From Zygophlyctis sp. KS116 (taxonomy: Eukaryota; Fungi; Chytridiomycota), in the NCBI GenBank assembly GCA_054661495.1, contig BAAFSQ010000025.1, positions 1 to 32,000 on the forward strand: DNA of 32,000 nucleotides, written 5' to 3'. The notes below the pieces were generated by a model that saw only the letters and a list, made by a program, of their open reading frames with translations, was not told the origin of the DNA and did not search any database. This document shows positions 11,964 to 21,354 of this stretch, in pieces. How positions within the stretch are numbered: the stretch's first letter is position 1; every line of letters starts with the position of its first letter. Position numbers and translations under genes: made by a program.

Positions 11964-14317
11964 TTATTGAAAATGATACACCTGATGATAAACGTTGATA
12001 AGGTTCCACAATCGCTGAACATCCAGGCAGGGAGTATCCGTGATTGGCGGAATATCGTTTAGACTTGGCCGGATGATGGACGGAATGGCATTAACATCAA
12101 ACATTCTTTCAAGGAGGTTATTCAAATCAGCAGTGGGCGTCTTGACAATTCCAGTCTTTTGGAACACACTGGTGGCTGACCCAGACTGAGTATACGTGAT
12201 TCTTGCTCCAAGGTTGAAGAATTGTAATGGCGGCAGCTGGTAAGACTCGAGGAGGCTGTTCACTCGCATTCTGTCACAACCTCCAATTTGACCAAATTCA
12301 ATGACATCTTTTCCTGAGTTCAAGTGCACCAATAAATCCATGGCTTCTCTTTCAGGCAAAACCCAGCCATTTCCAGGTAAAGAGCATTCAGGCCGCTTCC
12401 AAGACTCAACACCAAGACTTGATTTCCAGCGATAAATCTTCCATTTTACCCCGGAGACATTGAATTTCTGACCGTCAGCTTGCCAATAGCCATCATCTGA
12501 GAGTTCAAAAACAGCATCGGTATCAACTCGGAGCATTTCCGTCCAGTGATGGTCGATTGAACAAAACGAGATGATTTTCAAATCCCTTCCAGAACGAGAG
12601 TTTCCAGGAAATTTGATTTGAGGCCAAGGGGCTGTTCCACAAGCCGAATCAAGGACTGAGATGTGAGCAAGGGAGACAGGGGACAGAATCTGTTTGAGTG
12701 ACTTGAATTCTCCATCAAACGTAGACAATGAATCAACCCATTTGACAAACTGTCGTTTTTTAGCAAGGAGGAGAGCAGACCAAGATTCCGAGGGGAATTC
12801 AAATGCGGCTATTTCAACTGCTTGATTTTCCAGCCACTTTCGATTAGATATTCTCTTAGCTTCAGAGCCATTGCGTTTGGCATTTTTTTCCTTGACGTAT
12901 TCCTTGTGAGCGAGACAAAAGTGATACTGTCCGACGAGAATTAAATCATCAGTTTCTGGACAATAAAAGCATTTCAATCCATTTTTGGAAGCATCATCTC
13001 TCTAAAATTATTAGTAAAGTTCTAAACCCAATCCCCTCAGAATCCAATGCAGCACCAAAGGGTGGCGTGCAGTTGGAGACATTTTGGGGAGAATGATGGG
13101 TAACGTACCTGCTTGTTTTGACGATATACACTTGATGTCATTCGATGATTTTCAGCAGCAGTTGCATCTTCCATTTCTTTTGCTTCAGCCATAATCCTTG
13201 CATGTTCATCCATTTTCTAAAATTATTAGAAAAATTCTAAAAAGGAATCTCCCTCAGAATCCAATGCAGCACCAAAGGGTGGCTGACGCATTGGAAACAT
13301 CCTTGGGAGACATGAAGGGTGAAATTTACCTTTTCATTAAAGACTGAGTTGGTTTTTGCGTTGTTAGAAATCCCTTTGCTACATTGCGTGTAGACATGTA
13401 TCATTTCACCATCAAACTTGAGAAATTGGAAGCTGGATGCTGGGCAATGTGTCCGCTTCCCATGAGTTGTTCTTGAGCAGCTTGCACAGCGAAGCAGAAC
13501 CACATCTTCATGAATCACGGGTAGAACCATTTCTTTTTTGCGATTGAAGTAACCCACTTTAAATCTGGCTGAAACCAACGATTCATAGAGATTGCTAACC
13601 AAATCCCCTTTGAAAATTTCAACTAGTCTTGAACCCGAAGCAAATGATAGGAGATGTTTTCTTTGGGCGCGTTCTGTATCCTCAGATGAAAAAGACAAGT
13701 CATTAGACGAGAATGAGAGGTCAACACCAGAATCATCAACTATCGAAGGCATAAACACTTTGTTTTAATTTTGGAAAGAATAAATTACCTTCATCTTCAA
13801 CATTTGAATCGACCTCCATCCAATCAGCTGCCCACGTTGAATTCACATCTAATCGATTAGTATCAATAAAAAAATAAAAATCATCTTGTAGGACAGATTG
13901 TCCACAAACCATTTCCACTGGTCAGTAATAATCTCGCATCCATTTGCTAGGCCATTCCAGTATCAGTTCACTCTCACTTGCTCCACTATAATTGCTACTC
14001 CCTCAAGCTCGCCAGGGGCTTCCTCCAGAGAGGACTGGGTCTGCTATATATAGGAGATGATTGCAATCAAAGCTTCGTCACAAGGAGAGATAATCGAGGG
14101 ACTAGAGACACACCCAGCGGACAGTGTTCCGTAAAGAGTTTCCAAGGTAGCGGCCAACCACGTCTTGAGATGAGACGGGTGGCATACCATTTTGAGGGGA
14201 GAGCCAATCCATAAATTGTTCCAGTTCATTTTGATGGGTTTCCAAATCTTGAATACAAATATAATAGGCAAGGGAGATGTTGTCAGTATAGAAAGAAGCA
14301 GGTTCTGGTCGACTCAT
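11964..14317 (-). CDS. Orphan 587-aa protein: two Cys/His Zn-binding-like motifs plus a C-terminal DnaQ/DEDD 3'-5' exonuclease-like domain, 5 exons
   Basis: Exons 14317-14188, 13848-13789, 13757-13330, 13216-13109, 13001-11964 (1764 nt, no internal stop) joined by GT-AG introns of 339, 31, 113 and 107 nt. Motifs RCASC..HCPA and CFYC..FCLAH. ExoI-like ISVLDSACG, ExoII-like VIEFGQIGGCD, ExoIII-like TPCLDVQRLWNL. The domain call is by eye. Confidence 0.6.
13002..13108 (-). ncRNA. 107-nt intron containing a long RNA hairpin (copy A)
   Basis: GTACGT...CTAATAATTTTAG, phase 0. Nested pairings ACCCA/TGGGT, TCCCC/GGGGA, TCCAA/TTGGA, TGCA/TGCA, CACC/GGTG around a CTTT loop. Confidence 0.6.
13217..13329 (-). 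ncRNA. 113-nt intron containing a paralogous hairpin (copy B)
   Basis: GTAAAT...CTAATAATTTTAG, phase 0. Pairings TCTCCC/GGGAGA, TCCAATGC/GCATTGGA, CACC/GGTG. 33 nt identical to copy A (13251-13283 = 13034-13066). Confidence 0.6.
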
Positions 14318-14372
14318 TTTTTTTGTTTTTTAGGAAAGAAAAAGGAACGCCGCTCTTCCCTTTATTAAAAAA

Positions 14373-14906
14373 ATGTCTGGAGAAGAACAACTACCAAGAG
14401 TTGAAGAGGAAGAAAAACAAGGAGATTTCACTGGCAGAGTCTTTAATCACTGCACCTTTAATGCCTCTGTCACCTTTACTGGGAATGTCTTTGTAGATTC
14501 CTATGGCTACCGCAACATTGGAGATATTCTTCGCTTACAAGAACAAAGATTACATCAACTTCAACCGCAATCCACTGCAGCTTCTGGACCGTCCTCCTCT
14601 GCTCCAGCCACTGGTGCTCCCCCTGCTCCATCTCGTAGTGTCTCTGCACCTCTTTTTTCTGGACAACCATCTACCCCCTCTGTCTCGTCGCACCAGGTTC
14701 AAGAAATTGCTATACCAACTCCCCAAAAAACAATTGGAAAAGCACTGAAGCCAAAAAAGAGACAAGTTGTTGGGCTTAAAGAGATTACTCAGTCAAAGAG
14801 AAAGGGTGTTGAAGAAGCCGCGGGACCTTCCTCGGAAAAGTCACGCAGCACAAAAGCAAGAGTTGACTCGGATGAATATAAGCCTGGGGAGACTCAAATA
14901 CTCTGA
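14373..14906 (+). CDS. Orphan 177-aa intronless protein, S/P/A/Q-rich with basic NLS-like C-terminal half
   Basis: ATG in a strong aaaaaaATG context, 55 bp from the divergent gene's ATG; KPKKR and KRK clusters. Confidence 0.6.
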   Translation: MSGEEQLPRVEEEEKQGDFTGRVFNHCTFNASVTFTGNVFVDSYGYRNIGDILRLQEQRLHQLQPQSTAASGPSSSAPATGAPPAPSRSVSAPLFSGQPSTPSVSSHQVQEIAIPTPQKTIGKALKPKKRQVVGLKEITQSKRKGVEEAAGPSSEKSRSTKARVDSDEYKPGETQIL

Positions 14907-15040
14907 TTAACCATTTGTGGAAACTCAAGAAGGGTTCGGAATATATTTCTTTTATTTCTATAAATTCAATTGATTAAAACTCTTTGAGATGAGCATTTGA
15001 TTTGAAGCATCCAATTGAACAATTCCTTAGCCATGTTCTA

Positions 15041-15196
15041 TTTACATGGTATAAAGTCAAGAAGAATTAATTTACACTATGTAAACAATATTATTTACAC
15101 TATGTAAATCTAATTTACTCGTTAACAATCAGTTTACACAGTGTAAATATGATGCTATTGGCGGGTATTTTTAGAAACACTGCACTGCAGTGCAGT
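15041..15196. repeat. Array of palindromic TTTACA-N3-TGTAAA motifs plus an 18-bp perfect palindrome
   Basis: tttacactatgtaaa at 15071 and 15094, tttacacagtgtaaa at 15133, degenerate copies at 15041 and 15114; actgcactgcagtgcagt at 15179-15196. Confidence 0.85.
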
Positions 15197-15269
15197 ATTC
15201 GACGTCATTCATTTTTGATTTAAACAATTAAGAAACAGGAAATAAATTTTCTTTCATACTTGTATAAAC

Positions 15270-15542
15270 ATGAGTATTAAAGTCTCTTATGAATTACAAC
15301 AACAAGATTTACAATGTTGCGTGTGTTTTGAAGACATGTCGCCACCTTTGATTCAATGTTCCACGGGCAATCATTTTGTATGTGAATCATGCAGAAATCA
15401 AATGAAAAGAAATTGTCCTGTTTGTAGAACATCCAAACTCTTTCATAATCAATTTCTAGAGAAATCATTAACGTTTAAAGAATGTATCTATTGTCAAAGA
15501 CGCCTGTTTTGTAATAAATTTTTTTTGCGTGAACCGCGGTGA
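15270..15542 (+). pseudogene. Sina/SIAH-type RING finger gene, apparently truncated
   Basis: C3HC4 RING CCVC..IQCSTGNHFVCESC..CPVC followed by the N..LEK linker. It breaks off within the next Zn finger, where the upstream region of the chimeric DGAT begins. Confidence 0.6.
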
Positions 15543-15594
15543 CCCATCACAAGATAAGCACCGTTTTTTCCCACAAAATAAAAAAATCTTTTCA

Positions 15595-16665
15595 ATGGCA
15601 ACTACAAAACTTTGGGTTGAATATCAGACTCCTGCAAAGAGATTTGGTCCTACTGAGCGGTTCCTTCAATGTATGGCCGTCATGACATGGCTCATGATAA
15701 TACTGGCTCTTGTTCCTTCTTCACTCCTATTGATTATCGCTGCAACCAATTTCTGGTGGTCAAAGTATGTTTTACTAGTTTATTTCTCTTGGGTATTCTA
15801 TGATCTGAGCTCTGCTTACAATGGGGGATGGAATATGACAATGTTTGAGTTTGCATTTAAGAAGTTGAGCTTTTGGGATCGTTACAAGGACTATTTTGAC
15901 GCATGTCTTGTAAAGGAAGAAGAATTAGATCCAAATAGGAATTATATTTTAGGATTTCATCCTCATGGAGTATATTGTCTCTCTGTAATGACAAACTTGT
16001 GGTTAATAGGATCTAGAAAGGAACCATTTCCAAATCATAGAGTCAGGGCATCAACTCTTCCTATTAATTTTTATATTCCATTTTGGAGGGAATTTCTATT
16101 GGCTTGTGGTAGTACTACTTGTGCAAAGATATCATTGATTGAAGCATTAAAAAAGCCAAATACAGCATTGTTAATTGCTATTGGTGGTGCAGAAGAGTTT
16201 AAGTATATGGAAGAACATACTTTAGATTTGGTGATTCAAAAAAGAAAAGGATTTGCAAAATTAGCATTAGAAACAGGAGCAGATTTAGTTCCTATTTTGG
16301 GTTTTGGAGAGAATGAATTATTTTCTAGAATCAAGGGTATTTATTAGTATAAATTGACTGTAGGTCCTATATTTGAAAAGTTGAATCAGATTACAGAACA
16401 ATTAGGAAGGTTTTCACCACCTTTATTTGTTGGAAGATCTTGGTCTTGGATGCCAAAACGTTCAAGGTTAGTAACTGTTGGTAAGAATTTCAAGTTACTT
16501 ATTCTAGTTGGAAAGCCTATTCATGTAGAAAAAGTTGACAAACCATCAAATGAACAAATCTTGAAATTGCATACATTGTATTTGGAAAAGTTGCAGGAAT
16601 TGTATGAAAAATACAAGGATGTTTATCATAAAGATAGAATTCGTGATCTTGCATTTGTAAAATAG
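15595..16665 (+). CDS. DGAT2/MGAT-family acyltransferase with a Crinkler-derived N-terminal 20 aa, 3 exons
   Basis: FHPHG, GGAEE, RKGFAKLALETGADLVPILGFGENELF, spliced TVVGKPI. Introns 16337-16363 and 16481-16507. Confidence 0.9.
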
Positions 16666-16756
16666 TAATTAAAGATTACTGGATGGTAGATTCTATTAAA
16701 ATGAAATTCTCTTATTAATTCATCAGTATTGAGCAAATTCAAACTAACAAGGAAAA

Positions 16757-17741
16757 ATGTCAAAAAAACTCTGGGTTGCGTATGAGACTCCTGCAAAGAC
16801 AATTGTTGACAAAGTCTCTATCGACGGATGTTCCGATGTGGAAGAATTGCTAAAGGAAATCAAGAAGAAATTCCAAGTCTCCATCCCTCAAAATACTACA
16901 ATCGCTCTCTACCAGCCAGATGGAACTACAGGAATTGATGTTGAAGAATCTCCTACTGATTACTTGGATGGAAACTCTAGTAAAAATCCTCTCATTGTCA
17001 AGACTTACGATCTGTTAAAGTCAGACATTAAAGAAAAAGCTGAATTTGAGCTCTATTCTTGGAAAGCTAAAAGAAAGCCATTTCAAGTCTTGCATTTAGA
17101 TTTGCATAATGGTCGGATTCCTTTGGATGCTCTGCTTGCACATGAAAAGATTTTATACTTGTTTCGAATTGATGACAATGAAAATGTCCTTCTTCTTGCT
17201 GACAAGGATGGATTTAGCATTCAGAAATGGGAAAGTGGTCAAACGTACAAATTAAGAGTCAAAGCCAAAATCTCTGCTGACATTAAATTATTCAAAATTA
17301 ATTTCAAGGATGCCAAAAGATGCTGCGGTTTTAGTGACTTTGGCAGAAATGATTCATAGTTCACTACCGCAGGTGGTAGCACAAGCTGCTGCACTTTTGT
17401 TTTTTAGACGGGGGACAAAACCTCCTCGGGGTTGCGATGGCAGCGGTGGACCTATAGTCTTTATTCGTACAGATGGAGAAGAATGGATATTTAGTAAGAT
17501 GGTTTGCGAAGATGGTGTTCTCATTGTTGAGCATAGTCAGGTTTACAAAATCAACATTTTTAAGAATGATATTGAAAATGATATTTTACAGCAAATTTTT
17601 GATTGGCTCAGATATGCGATAACCATTGGCCGGGATTCTATGTCACAAGTTGGTCAAACTGAAGTAAATGATGAAGAGACGCTTACTACAGAGTTCTCCA
17701 CCATGCTTATAGACATAAATGGAGAATTGTCAGAATTTTAG
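16757..17741 (+). pseudogene. Crinkler (CRN)-like gene: ubiquitin-like header plus a frameshifted restriction-endonuclease-like C-terminus
   Basis: Header KLWVAY..VSIDGCSDVEELLKEIKKK..IALY..GNSSKNPLIVK. Second ORF has LPQVVAQAAA..IVFIRTDGEEWIF, resembling the C-terminal half of PD-(D/E)xK CR-REase domains. I found no GT-AG intron that fixes the frame change near 17260-17310. Confidence 0.6.
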
Positions 17742-17864
17742 CATTTTCACTTTGCGATTCAATTGCTAAAATCAAATTGGCTTTCAACGTCAATAATAAA
17801 TCTATTTTTAGATATCATATCTATTTTTGGGCGTAGTTATTTTTAGACTCTGTAAAAATAACAA

Positions 17865-18608
17865 ATGGATTCTTCTCTTCTTAATCTTGATCTCACAATC
17901 CTTGAAAACTATCGACAAAATGAAGAATTCTTACTTCCATCATCGGTTGATACTAGTATTGCTTCTTCAGGTACAATTGAAGGCGGCAGTTCAGCTGAAG
18001 GGTTCTTGAAGGCGCCTTTCAGTATGGCTTCATTACTTTCACCATCCAGTACAGATTATGATCAGAATGTGTACTCATTATTTGGCATGCCAAAGTGGAA
18101 TGAACAAGTAAACAGTGATCTATCTCAGAATCCAAACATATTTACATCACCAATCAGTCCACTGATGTTAAGAACCCAAGCATTGGATATGAACAATATG
18201 ACAATTATGTCGCAACCACCTTTGCTGGACAACAATCGAGATTTAGTGAATATGCGATTCGAAGACATCAGTTCACCGTTTGATCATAACGATCTGTTTT
18301 CTCCTGTACAAGCTACATCAAATACAATGGAGGTGTTTCCTTGCACATTTCAAGGATGCACAAAAACATTTTCTAAACAATACAATCTGCGAAGTCATCT
18401 CAGAATTCATTATGTGCCAAAGTCTCATGCATGCAGTAAATGTGAAAGGACATTTAGAAGATCGCATGATCTAAGACGTCATGAAAGATCCCATGATTCT
18501 ATTAAACCTTTTACATGTCGCAAATGTAACAAGGGATTCACAAGACAGGACGCACTTAAAAGGCATCATGCTCGATTTACTTCACCATGCTTTTTATCTG
18601 CAATGTAA
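17865..18608 (+). CDS. C2H2 zinc-finger transcription factor, CRZ1-like finger array
   Basis: Three fingers: FSKQYNLRSHLRIH, FRRSHDLRRHERSH, FTRQDALKRH. S/P-rich disordered N-terminus. Confidence 0.88.
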   Translation: MDSSLLNLDLTILENYRQNEEFLLPSSVDTSIASSGTIEGGSSAEGFLKAPFSMASLLSPSSTDYDQNVYSLFGMPKWNEQVNSDLSQNPNIFTSPISPLMLRTQALDMNNMTIMSQPPLLDNNRDLVNMRFEDISSPFDHNDLFSPVQATSNTMEVFPCTFQGCTKTFSKQYNLRSHLRIHYVPKSHACSKCERTFRRSHDLRRHERSHDSIKPFTCRKCNKGFTRQDALKRHHARFTSPCFLSAM

Positions 18609-18678
18609 GTTAAAATAAATTGTATTGCTATTTATTTTCTTTATCTATTGATTATACATGTGATTCAACAAGCAAGAA

Positions 18679-20430
18679 ATGGGCGCAAATGGTCAATCTT
18701 TAGATCCTCTTTTACCAACGATTTCCCAAGAAGCGGTTTTTGAATGGCCTGATCCAATCATTCCAAAGCCATCAATGTCAGAATCGCCCGATGATATGGA
18801 ATACTTGAAATTAATCTTGAATTCTAGAGTTTATGATGTAGCACATGAGACTCCGTTAACTTTAGCGTCAAAGGTAAGTCTAGATGTTGCATAATTCAAG
18901 TTATCGCAAAGACTCGGAAGTCAGATATACCTGAAAAGAGAAGATTTACAGCCAATATTCTCTTTTAAATGTAGAGGATCATACAATAAGATTTATCAAC
19001 TCTCTCCAGTCGAAAGGGAAAGAGGAGTATGTTGCGTTAGTGCAGGTATATTTGATTTGTAACAGAAATAGGAAATCATGCACAAGGTGTTGCATTGGCT
19101 GCCAAGAAACTGAATATAAAAGCTACGATTGTTATGCCAACATTTGCTCCAGAAATTAAGGTAGATGCTGTAAAACGATTGGGAGCAAATGTATTAGCAT
19201 TACTTTTTCAACTAATATCAGGTTATACTCAAAGGATGTGATTTTGATGAGGCAAAGAAGGAGTGCTTTCAAATAGCTCAAGATCAGAATCTAACATTCA
19301 TACCTCCATTTGATGATCCATATGTTATCGCTGGTCAAGGAACGATTGCACCAGAGATTTTAAAGCAACTTCGGCAAGAGAGATTAGATGCCATTTTTGT
19401 ATGCTGTGGAGGTGGCGGTATGTTGGCAGGTATATCGGCTTACGTAAAAATGGTAAGGCCTGAAATTAAAGTTATTGGCGTGAATACAGTTGACTCGAAT
19501 GCAATGTATCAAGCTTTGCATGCTGGTAAACCGGTAGAGTTGGCGGAAACAGGTCTATTTGCAGATGGGACTTCAGTCAGACTTGTTGGAAAGGAATGTT
19601 TTAAATTATGTCAAAAATATGTTGATGACTTTGTAATGGTTACAAACGACGAAATATGTGCAGCGATAAAAGATGCATTCGATGATACACGATCAATTTT
19701 AGAAGCATCAGGTGCTCTAGCATTGGCTGGTTTAAAGAAATTTCTAGGTTCAAACCCACAATTAAGGAATGGAGTTTTTGTGGCAATAACTTCTGGCGCA
19801 AATATTAACTTTCATCAATTGAGATTTGTAGCTGAAAGAGCCAGGATTGGTGAAGGTCGAGAAGCAATTTTAGGTGTTTTGGCTCCTGAACGACCTGGAG
19901 GGTATGCTTATTAGACTAAAATTTCCAGTTTAAAAGAGCTGTATGAAATTATTTCGCCCCGATTTGTAACAGAACTTTCTTATCGCTATCATGACCAGTC
20001 AGAAGCCCGTTTATATGTCTCCTTTGAAATTTTAGAAAGTTCAGAAACTGCAGAAATTATCCAGAAACTCAGAGAAAAGGGATATAAAGCCACAGATTTT
20101 AGTGCTAATGAAGTAGCCAAAACACACGCCAGATATCTAGTTGGAGGTAAACGTCCGGCGGTAAAGGAGGAAATGTTGTATCGATTCAGATTTCCTGAAA
20201 GACCAGGGGCACTAAAAAAATTCTTAAACTTGATTCAACAAGATTGGAATATAAGTCTTTTCCATTACAGAAATAATGGAGCAGATTTTGGGAGAGTTCT
20301 GGCGGGTCTTTCACTTGACTCTGATCAAAGAGATAAATTTCAGAAATTTATACATGATTTAGAAAAGGCTGGATATTATCAAATAGTTGATGAAAGCGAG
20401 AATCCTATCTATCAATACTTTTTAAAATAG
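18679..20430 (+). CDS. ILV1: Biosynthetic threonine dehydratase, 5 exons
   Basis: [35 protein letters not shown] (PLP lysine), [38 protein letters not shown]. Introns 18874-18900, 19046-19071, 19191-19221, 19902-19928. Confidence 0.95.
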
Positions 20431-20438
20431 ATTACATT

Positions 20439-21335
20439 TTATATAAGAGAAAGATTAAAAGCAGCACTAGATCCGACAATATTAAAGCATGCAAAAAACG
20501 ATCTTAAACTGTACTTTAAGAATTGTTTTTCACCAAATTTTTTAGGAGGATCGACTGCAAGATATACCCAAACCGTCCCATTCCTATTAACAAAAGATAT
20601 CCCTTCTAAACCTCTGAAATTGAAAGAAAATCTTCCAACCGACTTGTCATGATTTAAAACTTTTTTTTCTGATTCTGCTCCTAGTTCCAAGTCTTCGAGC
20701 TTTACCGCTGTTAACTCTTTTCCTTTATCGTACAGAAACCATATCCGATCATTCCAAATAGTAATAGCGCTTAAATCCTTTCCTGGACCAGGAGGTAGAA
20801 ACGCTCTGTTAAAATTGAGCGACTTTCCATATTCAAAAGCAAAAACCATAGAATCACTCTGCCTTCCAGCCAAAAAATATTTCTTTCCATCGTTTGATAA
20901 ATAATAAGCCAGCGATTCTAATCCTTTATTTTCTTTACCGACTCCGGTAGAATAATTATCAAAATCCGACTGTAAATCCAAAGTTTTAGATATACTCCTT
21001 GATGATAAATTATAGACAATAATGGAAGCAGGATATTCTACGATTAAAAAAGAAGACTTACCCACTCCAAGATACAAAATATTTGGATCATTCGGATCAG
21101 CAGCCACTCCTTCAAGATCTGGTTTACCATCTATTTTTATCTCTTGGCTGAGAGTATCGTAGGAATCAAATATCAAGCATCGTCCATTGTCACTAACCAG
21201 GTACAAATTACCATTGGAAAATGCCAAATCAGAAGGCTCAGTCTTTGCTGGAATTCTCAATTGTTCAACATGGCAAATATCAAACCATGGAGTGAGTCTA
21301 GCAGACGCAATTAAAATAAAAATACTCCAAATCAT
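20439..21335 (-). CDS. Secreted beta-propeller protein (SdiA-regulated/YjiK- or phytase-like)
   Basis: Signal peptide; blade motifs EPSDLA, DLEGVA, GLESLA, DLSAIT, GLEGIS. Probable in-frame 24-nt intron 21038-21061. Confidence 0.65.
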   Translation of the reverse strand: MIWSIFILIASARLTPWFDICHVEQLRIPAKTEPSDLAFSNGNLYLVSDNGRCLIFDSYDTLSQEIKIDGKPDLEGVAADPNDPNILYLGVGKSSFLIVEYPASIIVYNLSSRSISKTLDLQSDFDNYSTGVGKENKGLESLAYYLSNDGKKYFLAGRQSDSMVFAFEYGKSLNFNRAFLPPGPGKDLSAITIWNDRIWFLYDKGKELTAVKLEDLELGAESEKKVLNHDKSVGRFSFNFRGLEGISFVNRNGTVWVYLAVDPPKKFGEKQFLKYSLRSFFACFNIVGSSAAFNLSLI

Positions 21336-21354
21336 GAATAATATTACAAAAGAT

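Noticed and set aside
13002-14187. Hammerhead ribozyme, SECIS, C/D snoRNA or snRNA identity for the structured introns
   Set aside because: No CUGANGA/GAAA core, no AUGA..GA quartet, no correctly placed box C, and no U1/U2 signatures seen. An Rfam search is still needed.
15041-15147. CRISPR-like array
   Set aside because: 15-nt repeats with spacers of only a few nt, eukaryotic context, and no cas genes.
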